The notes: generated from the letters alone by a model not told the origin. 64,000 nucleotides of DNA from an uncultured virus (IMG/VR IMGVR_UViG_3300021958_000026) (IMGVR_UViG_3300021958_000026), one strand, 5' to 3'; shown: positions 26,833 through 37,492, counted from the stretch's first letter. Made by a program: numbers and translations.

Positions 26833-27252
26833 TTATTTCACCCAAAATAGTTCGTAAATAAACTCTTCTTTCTTGTATGCTTCACGTTCCCATGGTTGAC
26901 GTGAGTAGGGAATACCCACATAGTTTAGGGTCTTCCAATTCCTCATAGTGGGGGTAAGTTCACCCTTTAGGAATTGCTTTGCATGAATGAGTTCATGTGC
27001 AAGGGTGACCATCATTTGGTCGAGACTGAAATTGTACTTACCAATCTCAATCTCTACACAGTCTTTGTTACCCATGCAGTAACCGTAGTCACCACCTAGG
27101 TCTTTGGTGAATTTGACTTCGACAAAGATGTTCTTACGAAGTCGTGGCATGAAATAGTGTAATACTGACTTGACGTATTTCTCTATACGTTTTTTGTCTT
27201 TGATTTGTCCTTTGAACTCAACATGAATGTTGTCAATGAACGTCTTCTTCAT
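26833..27252 (-). CDS. Zinc metallopeptidase-like protein (HExxH)
   Basis: TLAHELIHAKQ...PWEREA. Confidence 0.75.
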   Translation of the reverse strand: MKKTFIDNIHVEFKGQIKDKKRIEKYVKSVLHYFMPRLRKNIFVEVKFTKDLGGDYGYCMGNKDCVEIEIGKYNFSLDQMMVTLAHELIHAKQFLKGELTPTMRNWKTLNYVGIPYSRQPWEREAYKKEEFIYELFWVK

Positions 27253-27409
27253 AGTCACTTTCCTCATCACTAATAATGTCACCACAGAAGGGGCAGAACT
27301 CTACTTCCTTTTCCTCTTCTTGGTACTCTGAATTGTCATCTAAATCGTACTGAATGTCAATATCCAGTTCACAATTATCACAATAAATTTCGTGTTTTAC
27401 CTTAGTCAT
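27233..27409 (-). CDS. Small zinc-ribbon protein (not in ORF track)
   Basis: MTKVKHEIYCDNC...FCPFCG... Confidence 0.65.
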   Translation of the reverse strand: MTKVKHEIYCDNCELDIDIQYDLDDNSEYQEEEKEVEFCPFCGDIISDEESDYEEDVH

Positions 27410-27668
27410 ATTTTGGTACGTAATCGTCCTCCGCTTTACCTGTCTTAACTACTATTTTATCCCACAGGGTTTCAAAGGACTTCTTCTCACCATCGAGTAC
27501 TGCATAGGGAAGTGGATGTTTGGCATCCTTTTCAGAGAACTCAATCCCTGCAGTATACACTCGAACTTCTTGATATTGACGGTCAATCATCTTAAACAGG
27601 TGTTTCCACCTCTCACATATCACGTCTTGTTTGTCATTACTGGGTAAGTATAACCTATATTGCCTCAC
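27402..27668 (-). CDS. Hypothetical protein (possible degenerate glutaredoxin fold)
   Basis: ORF directly downstream of the glutaredoxin gene; PLPYAVLDG resembles the cis-Pro motif. Confidence 0.5.
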   Translation of the reverse strand: MRQYRLYLPSNDKQDVICERWKHLFKMIDRQYQEVRVYTAGIEFSEKDAKHPLPYAVLDGEKKSFETLWDKIVVKTGKAEDDYVPKYD

Positions 27669-27716
27669 TTTGTCAACCCCTAAATTGAAATTTCTTTTTC
27701 CTTTAAAATCAATAAC

Positions 27717-27941
27717 TTACTTGTTGAGGTGCCACTCTAGGAGGTTATCATACCCCCCAATGGACTCTCCATTCACCCTAATTTGGGGAAAAGTCCTTGC
27801 ATTAGGGAACTGTTCAAACAGTTCTTCCCTAGTAAAGTCCTCATCAAGCATTTTGTATTCAAATTCATATCCCTGTTGTTCACAAAGAGACTTTGCCTTA
27901 ACACAATAAGGACACGATGGTTTACTGAATATCTCAATCAT
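27717..27941 (-). CDS. nrdC: Glutaredoxin
   Basis: CPYC, TFPQI, IGGY; adjacent to nrdB. Confidence 0.9.
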   Translation of the reverse strand: MIEIFSKPSCPYCVKAKSLCEQQGYEFEYKMLDEDFTREELFEQFPNARTFPQIRVNGESIGGYDNLLEWHLNK

Positions 27942-27950
27942 AATATACTC

Positions 27951-29048
27951 CTATAGTTTAAAATCTGCAAACGTATCGTCTGACACGTCCTGTTTAATAC
28001 CACCAATCACATAAGATTCAATCTCAGTTTCTTGTGGTGCATTCTGTAGTCCTCTACTGTTGAACCAGTGTTGTGTCCATGGTAAAGGATTGTTAGTTGA
28101 AGAGATACTAAAGATTGGTTTAAGACCAATTGCTTTTAATCTCTTATTACATATGTATTCAATATACTGATTCAACAAAGGTACACTTAGTCCAATCATC
28201 GAACCGTTCTTGAATAAAAACTCTGCCCATTCTTTCTCTTGTTGCACGGCACTTTCATAAAGTTCATACACTTCCTGTTCACAATCCTGCATGACTTGGT
28301 TCATGAGTTTGTCGTTCTCGTGGTTCTTGTAACACTTGAGAATGTGTTGTGACACTGCAAGGTGTTGTGATTCGTCTCTTGCAATAAACGAGATAATCTT
28401 TGCACTACCTTCCATGAGTTTCAGTTCTCCGAATCCGAATGAACATGCAAAGGATACAAAGAATCTAATTCCTTCTAAAATGTTTACACTTATAAGTGCA
28501 AGGTATAATGCTTTATACAAATCATAATCTTCAACTTTAAGACCTAAGAGTCTTCGTCTACCCAATTCAATAAACTGGTCGTATTTCTCTGTCACCATTT
28601 CTGCACGTTTGACAATAGCAGGTTCATCTAGTATAGTGTCAAAGATATCACTAGGGTCTGCATACACGTTCTTAATAATATGAGTGTATGAACGACTATG
28701 GATAGTCTCCATGAAGTCCCATGTGATGATACAAGACTCAAGTTCAGGTAGGGACACAAAAGGTAGGAATGCTATGGATGGTGCCCTTCCCTGAACTGAA
28801 TCAAGAAGTGTTTGATACCTTAAGTTAGATGTAAAGATATGCTTCTGTGCATCACTCAATGTTTGATAATCAGACCTATCTTTCTGTAATGACACTTCTT
28901 CAGGTCTCCAAAAGAAACCAAGTTGTGTCTGTGTTAACTTGTCAAATATAGGATATTTGAATGTATCAAATCGCTGTGTGTTGAGTGGTTCACCAAAGAA
29001 TAATTTCTGTTTAGTGAAGTCTATGTTGTTCTTGTTAAATACTGTCAT
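27951..29048 (-). CDS. nrdB: Ribonucleotide reductase class Ia, beta subunit
   Basis: FWRPEEV, LDSVQGR, ETIHSRSY, EGIRF, RDESQH. Confidence 0.97.
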   Translation of the reverse strand: MTVFNKNNIDFTKQKLFFGEPLNTQRFDTFKYPIFDKLTQTQLGFFWRPEEVSLQKDRSDYQTLSDAQKHIFTSNLRYQTLLDSVQGRAPSIAFLPFVSLPELESCIITWDFMETIHSRSYTHIIKNVYADPSDIFDTILDEPAIVKRAEMVTEKYDQFIELGRRRLLGLKVEDYDLYKALYLALISVNILEGIRFFVSFACSFGFGELKLMEGSAKIISFIARDESQHLAVSQHILKCYKNHENDKLMNQVMQDCEQEVYELYESAVQQEKEWAEFLFKNGSMIGLSVPLLNQYIEYICNKRLKAIGLKPIFSISSTNNPLPWTQHWFNSRGLQNAPQETEIESYVIGGIKQDVSDDTFADFKL

Positions 29049-29055
29049 TCTCTTC

Positions 29056-30030
29056 TCATTTCTTCTTTGTTTCTAATTTAGTTAAATGGGTATAGTTGTT
29101 ACAAAATAATGACCTGTCTACATCTGGCACTTCTCTGAATATATCCCTGTCCCAAAATTTACTAAATTTTTCAAAGTACTGTCGTTGTTCTGTAGTAGAA
29201 TCAATTGCACTATATCTATCTTTTCTACCATCAAATTCTAATACTGAATTTGGTGGAACAGCACCAACCATTCCCTGTCTATCTTCTTGGTTACCCCAAG
29301 GCAGATTTAACATGTTACTCTGTCTATTGTAAAAATGTACAAATATGTGATAAGAGTAATCACCAACAAATGTATCTCTCCAATGAGGTATGTTGGGCCC
29401 TTGATATAATAACACGTCTCCTACCTCTAATGTAACACATTTTGCTTTCTCTCTACGTCTTGGTGGAATTCCCTGAGTTTCTTCAACTAGTTGTTGATTG
29501 TTATGGAAATCAATGTAGTCTTGGTCGTTTTGCAACCATATCTTCCATGGACTTCCGTCATCTGATTTGTAATCTAAACACAAAGTTGCACTTACTTCAC
29601 ACGATGGTCTATCTGTATGAGACGTTAGATAAGCACCTCTTTCGTATCTTCTAGTATAAGAGTATGTTTCTCCTAAGTCAAGGTCAATTTTGTTATCTAA
29701 TGCATCATGAATCCATCTATGTATTGCAACACCCCATGGTGTACAATATCCACCTTTAGATTTGTTCTTTTGGTGTTCAGGAGTCATATGTGTGATGTCA
29801 GTGACCTCACGATGCATGAATGCATCTTCCCAATCAGGGTTATTTTCAGTTGTCTTCCATGTATCTAAACACATGTTTATAATATCTTTAGGTATGAAGT
29901 TACGTAACACTACGTATCTTTCTTTCATGAACTGCCATGTTTCAGGATTGGTTCTTCCCATAACCTTTTTACTACCATCACCAGCATCATGAATATATTG
30001 TACAGTTCTATCTTCTTCTCTAATTGGCAT
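29056..30030 (-). CDS. 2OG-Fe(II) oxygenase-like protein inserted between nrdA and nrdB
   Basis: TYSYTRRY..G..L..HTDRPSCEVS, GDVLLYQG...HWR. Confidence 0.8.
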   Translation of the reverse strand: MPIREEDRTVQYIHDAGDGSKKVMGRTNPETWQFMKERYVVLRNFIPKDIINMCLDTWKTTENNPDWEDAFMHREVTDITHMTPEHQKNKSKGGYCTPWGVAIHRWIHDALDNKIDLDLGETYSYTRRYERGAYLTSHTDRPSCEVSATLCLDYKSDDGSPWKIWLQNDQDYIDFHNNQQLVEETQGIPPRRREKAKCVTLEVGDVLLYQGPNIPHWRDTFVGDYSYHIFVHFYNRQSNMLNLPWGNQEDRQGMVGAVPPNSVLEFDGRKDRYSAIDSTTEQRQYFEKFSKFWDRDIFREVPDVDRSLFCNNYTHLTKLETKKK

Positions 30031-30045
30031 AATAATTGTTAATCC

Positions 30046-32358
30046 TTAAATGGCACAAGCCTCACAATCCTCTTCATCTGTGTCATATTGACTCATGACA
30101 TTAGCTGCATCGTCTACTGCACTTGGCATATCACCAACAACGTCTTCTGTTTTACCGTCCATGGTGTTTTGGTAATATGAAGTCTTCCAACCCATCTTGT
30201 ATGTGGTTAGAAGGTCACGTGCCATTACTGACACTGGAACTTCTCCGTTCTCATAGTTCTCAGGATTGTATGACCAGTTTCCTGAGATTGCTTGGTCGAA
30301 GAACTTCTGCATAACTGCAACCACATTGATATAACCTGTGTTATCTGGCATGTCCCATAATAGAGTATATGCAGACTTCAAGTGTGAGTACTGAGGTACA
30401 ATTTGTTTGAGTGTACCCTTCTTACTCTTCTTAACACTTAGATAGTCACGTGGTGGTTCAATACCATTTGTTGCGTTACACACAACACTAGAACTCTCTG
30501 ACGGCATCTGTGCAGTCAATGTGGAGTGTCTTAAACCGTGTTTGTGTATATCCTTTCTTAGTTGTTTCCAGTTCATGGATAATTTGTTAGGTACAATCTC
30601 ATCCACTTCTTTCTTGTAAGTGTCGATAGGTAGAATACCATCTGCATACTTAGTTCTTTGGAACCAATCACATGCACCCTTCTCTTGTGCAATAGTGTTA
30701 GATGACTTTAATAGGAAGTACTGAAACTTCTCTGTGAGGTCATGTACTAACTTCCATGCTTGTGGGTCATTGTATTTCACCTTATTCTTTGCAAGGAAGT
30801 GTGCAAGTCCAATGTATCCAATACCTAAACTTCTACGTGCAAGTGTTGATCTCTCTGCAGCTTTAACTGGATACTGTTGATAATCAATCAGTTCTTCTAG
30901 TCCTCTTACTGCAAGGTCACAGAGATTCTCCATTTCCTCATCCTTCGCAAGTCCAACATTTACTGCACTTAGAATACATAGTGCAATCTCACCTCTACCA
31001 TCAATATGGTCAATGGGGTCGGTGGGAAGTGTAATCTCTTGACAAAGATTACTCATGTTCACTTTGTCAAGAAAACTACTGTGCTCATTACAATGGTCTA
31101 TATTCATGATATAGATTCTGCCAGTCTCTGCACGTTCTTTTAATAGGTCTGTAATTAACTCTCTTGCACTTATTTTTGTTTTAGGTATGGACGTTGCACG
31201 TTCATACTTTTCATATAACTCATCAAACTCAGGTGTACCAAATGCTTCATATAAGCCAGGCACATCATGTGGTGAGAATAATGTTATGTCATCATTTCGA
31301 AGGAAACGTTCATAGAACAACTTTGATAACTGAATGGAGTAGTCCAACTTGCGAACTCTGTTGTCTTCTGTTCCTTTGTTGTTTTTAAGAACGATAATGT
31401 CTTCGATTTCTTGGTGCCAGATTGGAAAGTGGACAGTTGCACTACCTCCCCTGACTCCGTTTTGGGTACAACATCTAACGGTAGATTCGAACTTCTTAAG
31501 GAAGGGAATAACTCCAGTATGTTGCACTTCCCCACCTCTGATTCTTGCACCCAATCCTCTGATTCGTCCTGCATTGATACCGATACCTGCACGTTGTGCC
31601 ACGTATCTTCCGATTGCCATGTCACTGGAAAAAATACTCCCCAAGGTGTCGTCTGAGTCGACAAGCACACATGATGCAAACTGTCGTAGTGGGGTTCTAA
31701 CTCCTGACATAATTGGTGTCGGTATGTTAATTTTGAAAGTCGATATTGCATCGTAATATCGTTTAATGTAATCAAGTCTATTCTCCTTATATTCTCTGAA
31801 TAGTGTCATTGCAATAAGCATGTACATGAACTGTGGTGTTTCATATACGGTTGATGTAGACCTATCTTGCACCAAATACTTGTCTACAACCTGTTGTAAA
31901 CCTGCATAGGTGAAGTCCATGTCTCTACCATGTTTGATGTACTTGTCCAGTGTATCAAACTCTTCCTCTGTGTATAGTGTAAGAATCTCTTCATCGTACA
32001 CTCTATACTCTATGTTTCTTTTTGTTAGTTCTAACAGTGAAGGATAGATTTCACTGTCCTTCCACTTGGTGTTGAACACTTGTTTTTGAATTGCAAACAG
32101 AAGTAATCGTGCTGCAACGAATTGATAATTTGGTGATTCCAATGAGATTAAGTCACTTGCAGATTTGACTAGAATCTTTTGAATTTCTTTTGTGGTAATA
32201 CCATCATAAAATTGTAGACCACTGTTCATTTCTACCAATGACTCAGATACACCTGTAATTCCTTTACATGCTTTCTCCACCATTCTGTGGATTTTTTCTA
32301 ATTCAATTCCTTCTTTGGTTCCGTCTGACTTGACTACTTTGATGTCAGTATTACTCAT
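30046..32358 (-). CDS. nrdA: Ribonucleotide reductase class Ia, alpha subunit
   Basis: ATP cone, ASCVL, SNLCQEI, CILS, MPSESSS, TSYY, C-terminal CEAC. Confidence 0.97.
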   Translation of the reverse strand: MSNTDIKVVKSDGTKEGIELEKIHRMVEKACKGITGVSESLVEMNSGLQFYDGITTKEIQKILVKSASDLISLESPNYQFVAARLLLFAIQKQVFNTKWKDSEIYPSLLELTKRNIEYRVYDEEILTLYTEEEFDTLDKYIKHGRDMDFTYAGLQQVVDKYLVQDRSTSTVYETPQFMYMLIAMTLFREYKENRLDYIKRYYDAISTFKINIPTPIMSGVRTPLRQFASCVLVDSDDTLGSIFSSDMAIGRYVAQRAGIGINAGRIRGLGARIRGGEVQHTGVIPFLKKFESTVRCCTQNGVRGGSATVHFPIWHQEIEDIIVLKNNKGTEDNRVRKLDYSIQLSKLFYERFLRNDDITLFSPHDVPGLYEAFGTPEFDELYEKYERATSIPKTKISARELITDLLKERAETGRIYIMNIDHCNEHSSFLDKVNMSNLCQEITLPTDPIDHIDGRGEIALCILSAVNVGLAKDEEMENLCDLAVRGLEELIDYQQYPVKAAERSTLARRSLGIGYIGLAHFLAKNKVKYNDPQAWKLVHDLTEKFQYFLLKSSNTIAQEKGACDWFQRTKYADGILPIDTYKKEVDEIVPNKLSMNWKQLRKDIHKHGLRHSTLTAQMPSESSSVVCNATNGIEPPRDYLSVKKSKKGTLKQIVPQYSHLKSAYTLLWDMPDNTGYINVVAVMQKFFDQAISGNWSYNPENYENGEVPVSVMARDLLTTYKMGWKTSYYQNTMDGKTEDVVGDMPSAVDDAANVMSQYDTDEEDCEACAI

Positions 32359-33392
32359 ATTTTCTTGTACTCCGTTAGTGTTAGTTTTGCAGAAAGGCCA
32401 GTATATGTACAAGAGTTAATAATATCGATAATCTCATCCACTTCCAATCCACCTTTAACCATGTCATTGATGTCTTTGAAATTACTGACACGTTTGTCAT
32501 TCCAAATACAGACCTGCCATCCTTGGTCAATGACTTCGTCTATTTTCTTTAATATTTCAGAACTTCTTGGTTCGTTGTCATAAATGAGTATCGCATTCTC
32601 TTTAAAACTATTATCAAGTTTTTTAAAATCACTACCACCTACTGCAATACTGTTGGGTAGGAATAGACTGTCTATTGGCCCTTCTGTGACATAAACAGTC
32701 TTTGACTTGTCCACATTTCTTATATTATAGATGAGTGGAACATCATCTAGGAATCTCATTGTGAGGTATCGTAAAGGTGAATCATTGATTGCACGTCCAC
32801 TGACACCTGCTAATTCCCCATTTTCATCAAAAAATGGTAACACAATCCTAGGGTCATTCCCTAGAACTCTGTCTCTGTACTTACTACTTAAGTGTGACAG
32901 AGATTGTGAGTTGGAGACGAACCACAGTGCTTTAATGATTTCATCAGGAATGAGTCGTTCTTGTAGATATTCTCTTGCGACTACTTTGTCCCATGCACCG
33001 TGACACACTCCTTTGAGTGTCTCCATTGATTTATATAGTACATCTTGTTGGTCAACTTTACTCTTAAACTTGAATGCATTTGCAGACAACATTTTTTGAG
33101 GTCTACGTTTTCCACGCCCAGTTTCTTTCAACCACTCTTTCACATATTCTTTGTGAATAGTTGGGAAATGGTCTTTTATAAAGTTAACACTTGATGTTGA
33201 TTTACCACAGTTGTGACATTTATAGACAAATGATTGGTCAACTGTGAAATGATATGCACGTGCCTTATAGAGATTCTTCTGTGAATCTCCACAATAAAGA
33301 CATCGGTGATTTAATGTATTATCACCTTTCCATGATGCTCTGTCGAGTGATGACACGACCATCGAAAGGTATTTTCGTTCTAACCATAGCAT
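32355..33392 (-). CDS. 61: DNA primase (gp61)
   Basis: CLYCGDS...CHNC zinc ribbon, TOPRIM EGPIDS, YDNE, KDINDM. Confidence 0.95.
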   Translation of the reverse strand: MLWLERKYLSMVVSSLDRASWKGDNTLNHRCLYCGDSQKNLYKARAYHFTVDQSFVYKCHNCGKSTSSVNFIKDHFPTIHKEYVKEWLKETGRGKRRPQKMLSANAFKFKSKVDQQDVLYKSMETLKGVCHGAWDKVVAREYLQERLIPDEIIKALWFVSNSQSLSHLSSKYRDRVLGNDPRIVLPFFDENGELAGVSGRAINDSPLRYLTMRFLDDVPLIYNIRNVDKSKTVYVTEGPIDSLFLPNSIAVGGSDFKKLDNSFKENAILIYDNEPRSSEILKKIDEVIDQGWQVCIWNDKRVSNFKDINDMVKGGLEVDEIIDIINSCTYTGLSAKLTLTEYKKI

Positions 33393-33544
33393 ACATCTAG
33401 TATATCACTAAATGTACGTTATTTCAAGGGGATTTTCCTCTCTGATAAAAAAACATGCATTCAGTTCCCTAAATGCATGTTTCTATGTAAACGGACAAAA
33501 AGTGGACAGTTTGTCCGTAAAATGTCCGTTAATTACTCTAACTA

Positions 33545-33757
33545 TTATGCATCGATCAATGCTTGGATTTCTGCAACCTGTTCGCCATGTGTGACCATTG
33601 AAGCATCATATGCAACCTTTTGAGGGTCGTCTGCTTCCATGTCTGCATAACCAGTAGGTTGAGGTGGTAATCCTGCGCCATTGAACCATGCAAGTCTTCC
33701 TGCCAAGTCATCCATGCCTGGAATTGTTGGGGTATCGTATCCTTCAGGTGCTGCCAT
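33545..33757 (-). CDS. Small acidic hypothetical protein (late?)
   Basis: AGGAG RBS; TAAATA upstream. Confidence 0.65.
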   Translation of the reverse strand: MAAPEGYDTPTIPGMDDLAGRLAWFNGAGLPPQPTGYADMEADDPQKVAYDASMVTHGEQVAEIQALIDA

Positions 33758-33789
33758 GATTGTTTTCTCCTATTGTTAATATTAACCTA

Positions 33790-34608
33790 TTATTTAGTTT
33801 TTGACAAGTCTTTAACTCGTTTTTTTGGTACTTGAATTACATATCTATTTTCAACTACTTTCGGTTTTTCTTCATCTCTTTTACGTGCTATCATACCAGT
33901 TGATGACACTAGTAGTAACACTGCAAGGGGGTCAAACACGAAAATAAGTGCATAAATCACCCATCTCACTGCATTGTCAAGGTACTTGACAACCTCTTCT
34001 TCACCATATATTACCTCTGCAACGTACTTGATTGGCCCAATCTTTGAGTCTTGTTCCAACTGTTTACGTTGTATAGGTAGTTTGTCTTCAGTGTACTCTG
34101 TAATCAGATTAATAGAAGTGTCAATATCTTCTGCAATCTGTTGTCTCTCATCTCTTTGTTGTCTGTTGATATAGTTTCTATCTTGTGGTCTTCCTGTGGT
34201 CACAACAAGGTCTAAACCCTCTAATCTGTCATTGAGTCTGTCTATCTTGTCTCTCTCTGCACTGATACGTGTGTCCAATACAGACAGTTCTAAATTGTTA
34301 CCATCTCCTACGAGATTGACTTCGATGTTTGCCTTAGATAGATAACCAAATATACCTAGTGATGTTATCAACATGAGGACACCAACTGCAAGTAGTAAAT
34401 AGTACTTTAGGTAGTTTAACCTATCCCACACTAAGTGTAGGTATGCAGCGGTGACTAACTTCCCTGTCTCCAATGCAGTCATCATTACAACTGTTCCAAG
34501 GTATGCACCTGCAAACATAGTTGCCATACCGATAACTGAGAAGTATGCAGCGATTCCTGCAATGACAATTGAAGTCAATAGTGCTAAGTAATTCAAAAAT
34601 TTAATCAT
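33790..34608 (-). CDS. Conserved multi-TM coiled-coil membrane protein
   Basis: IAAYFSVIG...LETGKLV...ITSLGIFGYLSKA...GPIKYVAE...FVFDPLAVLLL. Confidence 0.75.
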   Translation of the reverse strand: MIKFLNYLALLTSIVIAGIAAYFSVIGMATMFAGAYLGTVVMMTALETGKLVTAAYLHLVWDRLNYLKYYLLLAVGVLMLITSLGIFGYLSKANIEVNLVGDGNNLELSVLDTRISAERDKIDRLNDRLEGLDLVVTTGRPQDRNYINRQQRDERQQIAEDIDTSINLITEYTEDKLPIQRKQLEQDSKIGPIKYVAEVIYGEEEVVKYLDNAVRWVIYALIFVFDPLAVLLLVSSTGMIARKRDEEKPKVVENRYVIQVPKKRVKDLSKTK

Positions 34609-34613
34609 AATGT

Positions 34614-35375
34614 TTATGTGAATCGTTTCATCACATCATGGAGTTTCCTTTTCTTTTTAGGTCTCCATGTTGCGACATCACTTCCAGTCCCTACGACTGC
34701 ACTACCAGTTGCATTAACTGGTGCATCTTCCATCATATCAAACTTGAGATACCTCATCAGTTTGTTTGCAAGTTCATGACCTGCAGCGATATCAGATGGG
34801 AAGTGTACACCCATTCTTACTCTTCCTAGTCCACTGATTTCTGCACCCTTAAAGAATCCGTCTTTGTGTTCAGGATATATTGTTGCATAATAGTTCGCAA
34901 CAATCTTAGGTTGCACCGTGTGACCTGAGGGGTACGATGGTGTGTTCGATGTTTCTGTTTTATATCTGTCAAAGTCGATACCAAGTTCCTTTGCAATTTG
35001 ATAAGGTCTTGGTCTATCGAACATGTTCTTGTAGTGTCGTATGATGGGTCTTACTTGTTCTCCTAAGTAAACCATTCTCTCTTCATCATACTCTAACCCT
35101 TCCTTCTCCATATATTCTTGAATATAGAAGTATGGGTTCTCATCTGTGTTGATGTATTCTAGTTCTTGTTCTTTGGTTGTGTTGTCTCGTATGTCTTTGA
35201 TTTCATCGAGCTCCATACGGACTTGTCTTGAATCATTCTTTGGAGGTGTGGGTAATGTAATGTCTTTCCAGTCACCACTAAAGACTTCAATATCTTTGTA
35301 CTTGACTTTCTTGTGATTACCAAAATCTGAGAACTTCAGATTATTGATGGTTTGGATTGCTTCAATATACATCAT
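34614..35375 (-). CDS. PAP2 / haloperoxidase-like phosphatase
   Basis: K..FDRPRP, PSYPSGH, RVRMGVHFPSD. Confidence 0.85.
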   Translation of the reverse strand: MMYIEAIQTINNLKFSDFGNHKKVKYKDIEVFSGDWKDITLPTPPKNDSRQVRMELDEIKDIRDNTTKEQELEYINTDENPYFYIQEYMEKEGLEYDEERMVYLGEQVRPIIRHYKNMFDRPRPYQIAKELGIDFDRYKTETSNTPSYPSGHTVQPKIVANYYATIYPEHKDGFFKGAEISGLGRVRMGVHFPSDIAAGHELANKLMRYLKFDMMEDAPVNATGSAVVGTGSDVATWRPKKKRKLHDVMKRFT

Positions 35376-35949
35376 CTGCAGTTACCAACACTCTTTCTCC
35401 CTCACAAACACCAGCGTAAACTGTTACACCATAGTATTGTGCATACTCATTGTTTACAAAGAGTTCGGATTTTGGAGTATATTCTGATTCGTTCTGAGTT
35501 AATTTTCTTCTGAGTCGATACATACCCCTTTCAAGTGTATCTAACAATGCAGATTCTGTAATCATGTCCGTGGTTACCATGTCGTTGTCTTTCAACCAAT
35601 GGTAAAATTCTTCTTCAAGTCTTTGCATTTGTTCGTCATTGAGTTCATTTGATTCCTTTAGTAGTGCAAGTGCAACAGCATATGATGCAAATGCAGATTT
35701 ACCAAAAGGCACTTTCTCAATGATTTTCTTGAGGTTAAAGACAAGACGATGTAGAGGTGTAAGGGATGCCTTTTCCTCATCAGTCTTAGGATTGTTTTCT
35801 ACTTTCTGATTAGAACCTTCAACTTGTTTGAACTTAATTCTGTTACCCTTGTCATCAATAAACCCAAATTTGAATGCAGGTTGTTTATTGAAGGGTGTGG
35901 TTAACATCTTCAGAATACGGAAAACTATTAATGTATCTACGACTCTCAT
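35362..35949 (-). CDS. Conserved T4-like protein
   Basis: FRILKMLTTPF...AFK.G.ID..G...TPLHRLVFNLKK motif; CTAAATA promoter. Confidence 0.65.
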   Translation of the reverse strand: MRVVDTLIVFRILKMLTTPFNKQPAFKFGFIDDKGNRIKFKQVEGSNQKVENNPKTDEEKASLTPLHRLVFNLKKIIEKVPFGKSAFASYAVALALLKESNELNDEQMQRLEEEFYHWLKDNDMVTTDMITESALLDTLERGMYRLRRKLTQNESEYTPKSELFVNNEYAQYYGVTVYAGVCEGERVLVTADDVY

Positions 35950-35980
35950 AGTACTATTTAGGTGTTTTGAAAGGTAGAGA

Positions 35981-36056
<76 letters not shown>

Positions 36057-36057
36057 G

Positions 36058-36429
36058 TTATAGTTCTCTTAGTCTTTCAACTAATTTATCATCTATTAGG
36101 ATATCTGACTTAAAGTCTTCTCTGACGTATCCTAAGTATAATAACATAGTTTTGATACTTGTCCAGTAGGTTTCTTCTTTGATTTTGAATTCTAGCATTC
36201 TCATGCACGGTTCAAATCCAAAGACGTTGAACAACGTGATGATGTGGTTTAACATTAGACGTTCACGTACTTCACCATATTCATGATGACGATACAGTAA
36301 TCGTTTAAGATATCGGAAACGTCTCAAGTCTTCTTGGAAATCTTCCATGTCCTCACATTGAGGGTCATCGTAGTATTTTAGTGCGAATGCTTGAAAGTTT
36401 TTTGCTGTGAGTTTGTCAAATAATCCCAT
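36058..36429 (-). CDS. Conserved T4-like hypothetical protein
   Basis: FALKYYDDPQC...F.EDLRRFRYLKRL...RLMLNHII.LFNVFG. Confidence 0.75.
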   Translation of the reverse strand: MGLFDKLTAKNFQAFALKYYDDPQCEDMEDFQEDLRRFRYLKRLLYRHHEYGEVRERLMLNHIITLFNVFGFEPCMRMLEFKIKEETYWTSIKTMLLYLGYVREDFKSDILIDDKLVERLREL

Positions 36430-36449
36430 AATATAATGTATTTAGATGT

Positions 36450-36473
36450 AAAAAAGGGGACAAGAAAGTCCCC
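36450..36473 (-). terminator. Rho-independent terminator
   Basis: GGGGAC-TTTCTT-GTCCCC-TTTTTT. Confidence 0.75.
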
Positions 36474-36478
36474 AAGTC

Positions 36479-36919
36479 TTACACTAAAGAACCGTAGACT
36501 TTGAAAGTTCCGTTGTCTAACTGTTCGTACTTGAATTTTACATCGATAACTTTTTCTTCCTTTTCTAGTTCATCGATGGGTGTGTCAACGGATTTACCGA
36601 TGATTTCACCAAACTGTGAGAACGATACTACTGTCTCACCTGACCCTGAAAATTCCTCTTCGGAAACTTCGTTTCTAGGGTCATCTGAAGGATGTTGTAC
36701 TCTGTTGATACCAACTTGTGCAAGTTTAGATTCTACTTGTCCGATTGCGGCCTTTGGATTTAGGAATTCTGACACTGCAGTGTGACCTAAAATTGCGTTG
36801 ATTGTCAACTTAACATCTTCATCAGTTACATCGTATGGTACTTTCTTTGAAGAAAGACCTGCACCAAAAAATGTTGATGGTCTGTAAAGTTCTGTTACAA
36901 ATTCTTTAAAATTTTTCAT
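36479..36919 (-). CDS. Probable head-packaged (internal) protein
   Basis: N-terminus MKNFKEFVTE resembles the T4 capsid-targeting sequence MKTYQEFIAE. Confidence 0.6.
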   Translation of the reverse strand: MKNFKEFVTELYRPSTFFGAGLSSKKVPYDVTDEDVKLTINAILGHTAVSEFLNPKAAIGQVESKLAQVGINRVQHPSDDPRNEVSEEEFSGSGETVVSFSQFGEIIGKSVDTPIDELEKEEKVIDVKFKYEQLDNGTFKVYGSLV

Positions 36920-36927
36920 AATACGTC

Positions 36928-37191
36928 CTAAGCGTTTGTTGCTACTGGAGTTCCAAAAACAGTTGCACTATCTGAAAAAACTTCATCAGTTGGGTCTTTT
37001 TGTAAGTCAATTGATTGACCTGCACCTATATGGATAGAACCAATTAATACATTTGCAGATGTTTCCACTGATACCACATGAAATGCAGAATCACTGTTGT
37101 ACAATCTGACTACTGTTGATGAACCGAAGTTACTACCGTTGGTTGAACCAACTTGTAGTGCTTCGTGTCCTGCCAATAACTTATATTTCAT
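36928..37191 (-). CDS. Probable small virion protein
   Basis: Beta-rich, VVRLYN...GSIHIGAG...KDPTD; lies in the late operon. Confidence 0.6.
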   Translation of the reverse strand: MKYKLLAGHEALQVGSTNGSNFGSSTVVRLYNSDSAFHVVSVETSANVLIGSIHIGAGQSIDLQKDPTDEVFSDSATVFGTPVATNA

Positions 37192-37201
37192 AATTTATCT
37201 C

Positions 37202-37492
37202 TTAACTATCTGCTAATACAGTATCGTCATCTACATCAGGTGTTGCTACGTCTGAATCGTCATCAAAGTCTGCAACGTCTGAACCCATTGAACCTGAAGA
37301 CATTGCGACTAATGTCTCCCACTGTACTCTTGAACCAACTTCTTTTCTTAATGCCCAACCTTCTGATACAACACCTGAATCTGCATTTGCAGTTACTTCA
37401 GCAGTGTCAACACCATAAGTGTTTGCCTTATCAGCGGTGTTAAGGTATTTTGGTTTTGAATCTTCGTTGTCTAATAATCCCCAAAGTGCCAT
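37202..37492 (-). CDS. Probable virion structural protein
   Basis: MALWG...YGVD..E...GW...RVQWETLVAM motif. Confidence 0.65.
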   Translation of the reverse strand: MALWGLLDNEDSKPKYLNTADKANTYGVDTAEVTANADSGVVSEGWALRKEVGSRVQWETLVAMSSGSMGSDVADFDDDSDVATPDVDDDTVLADS

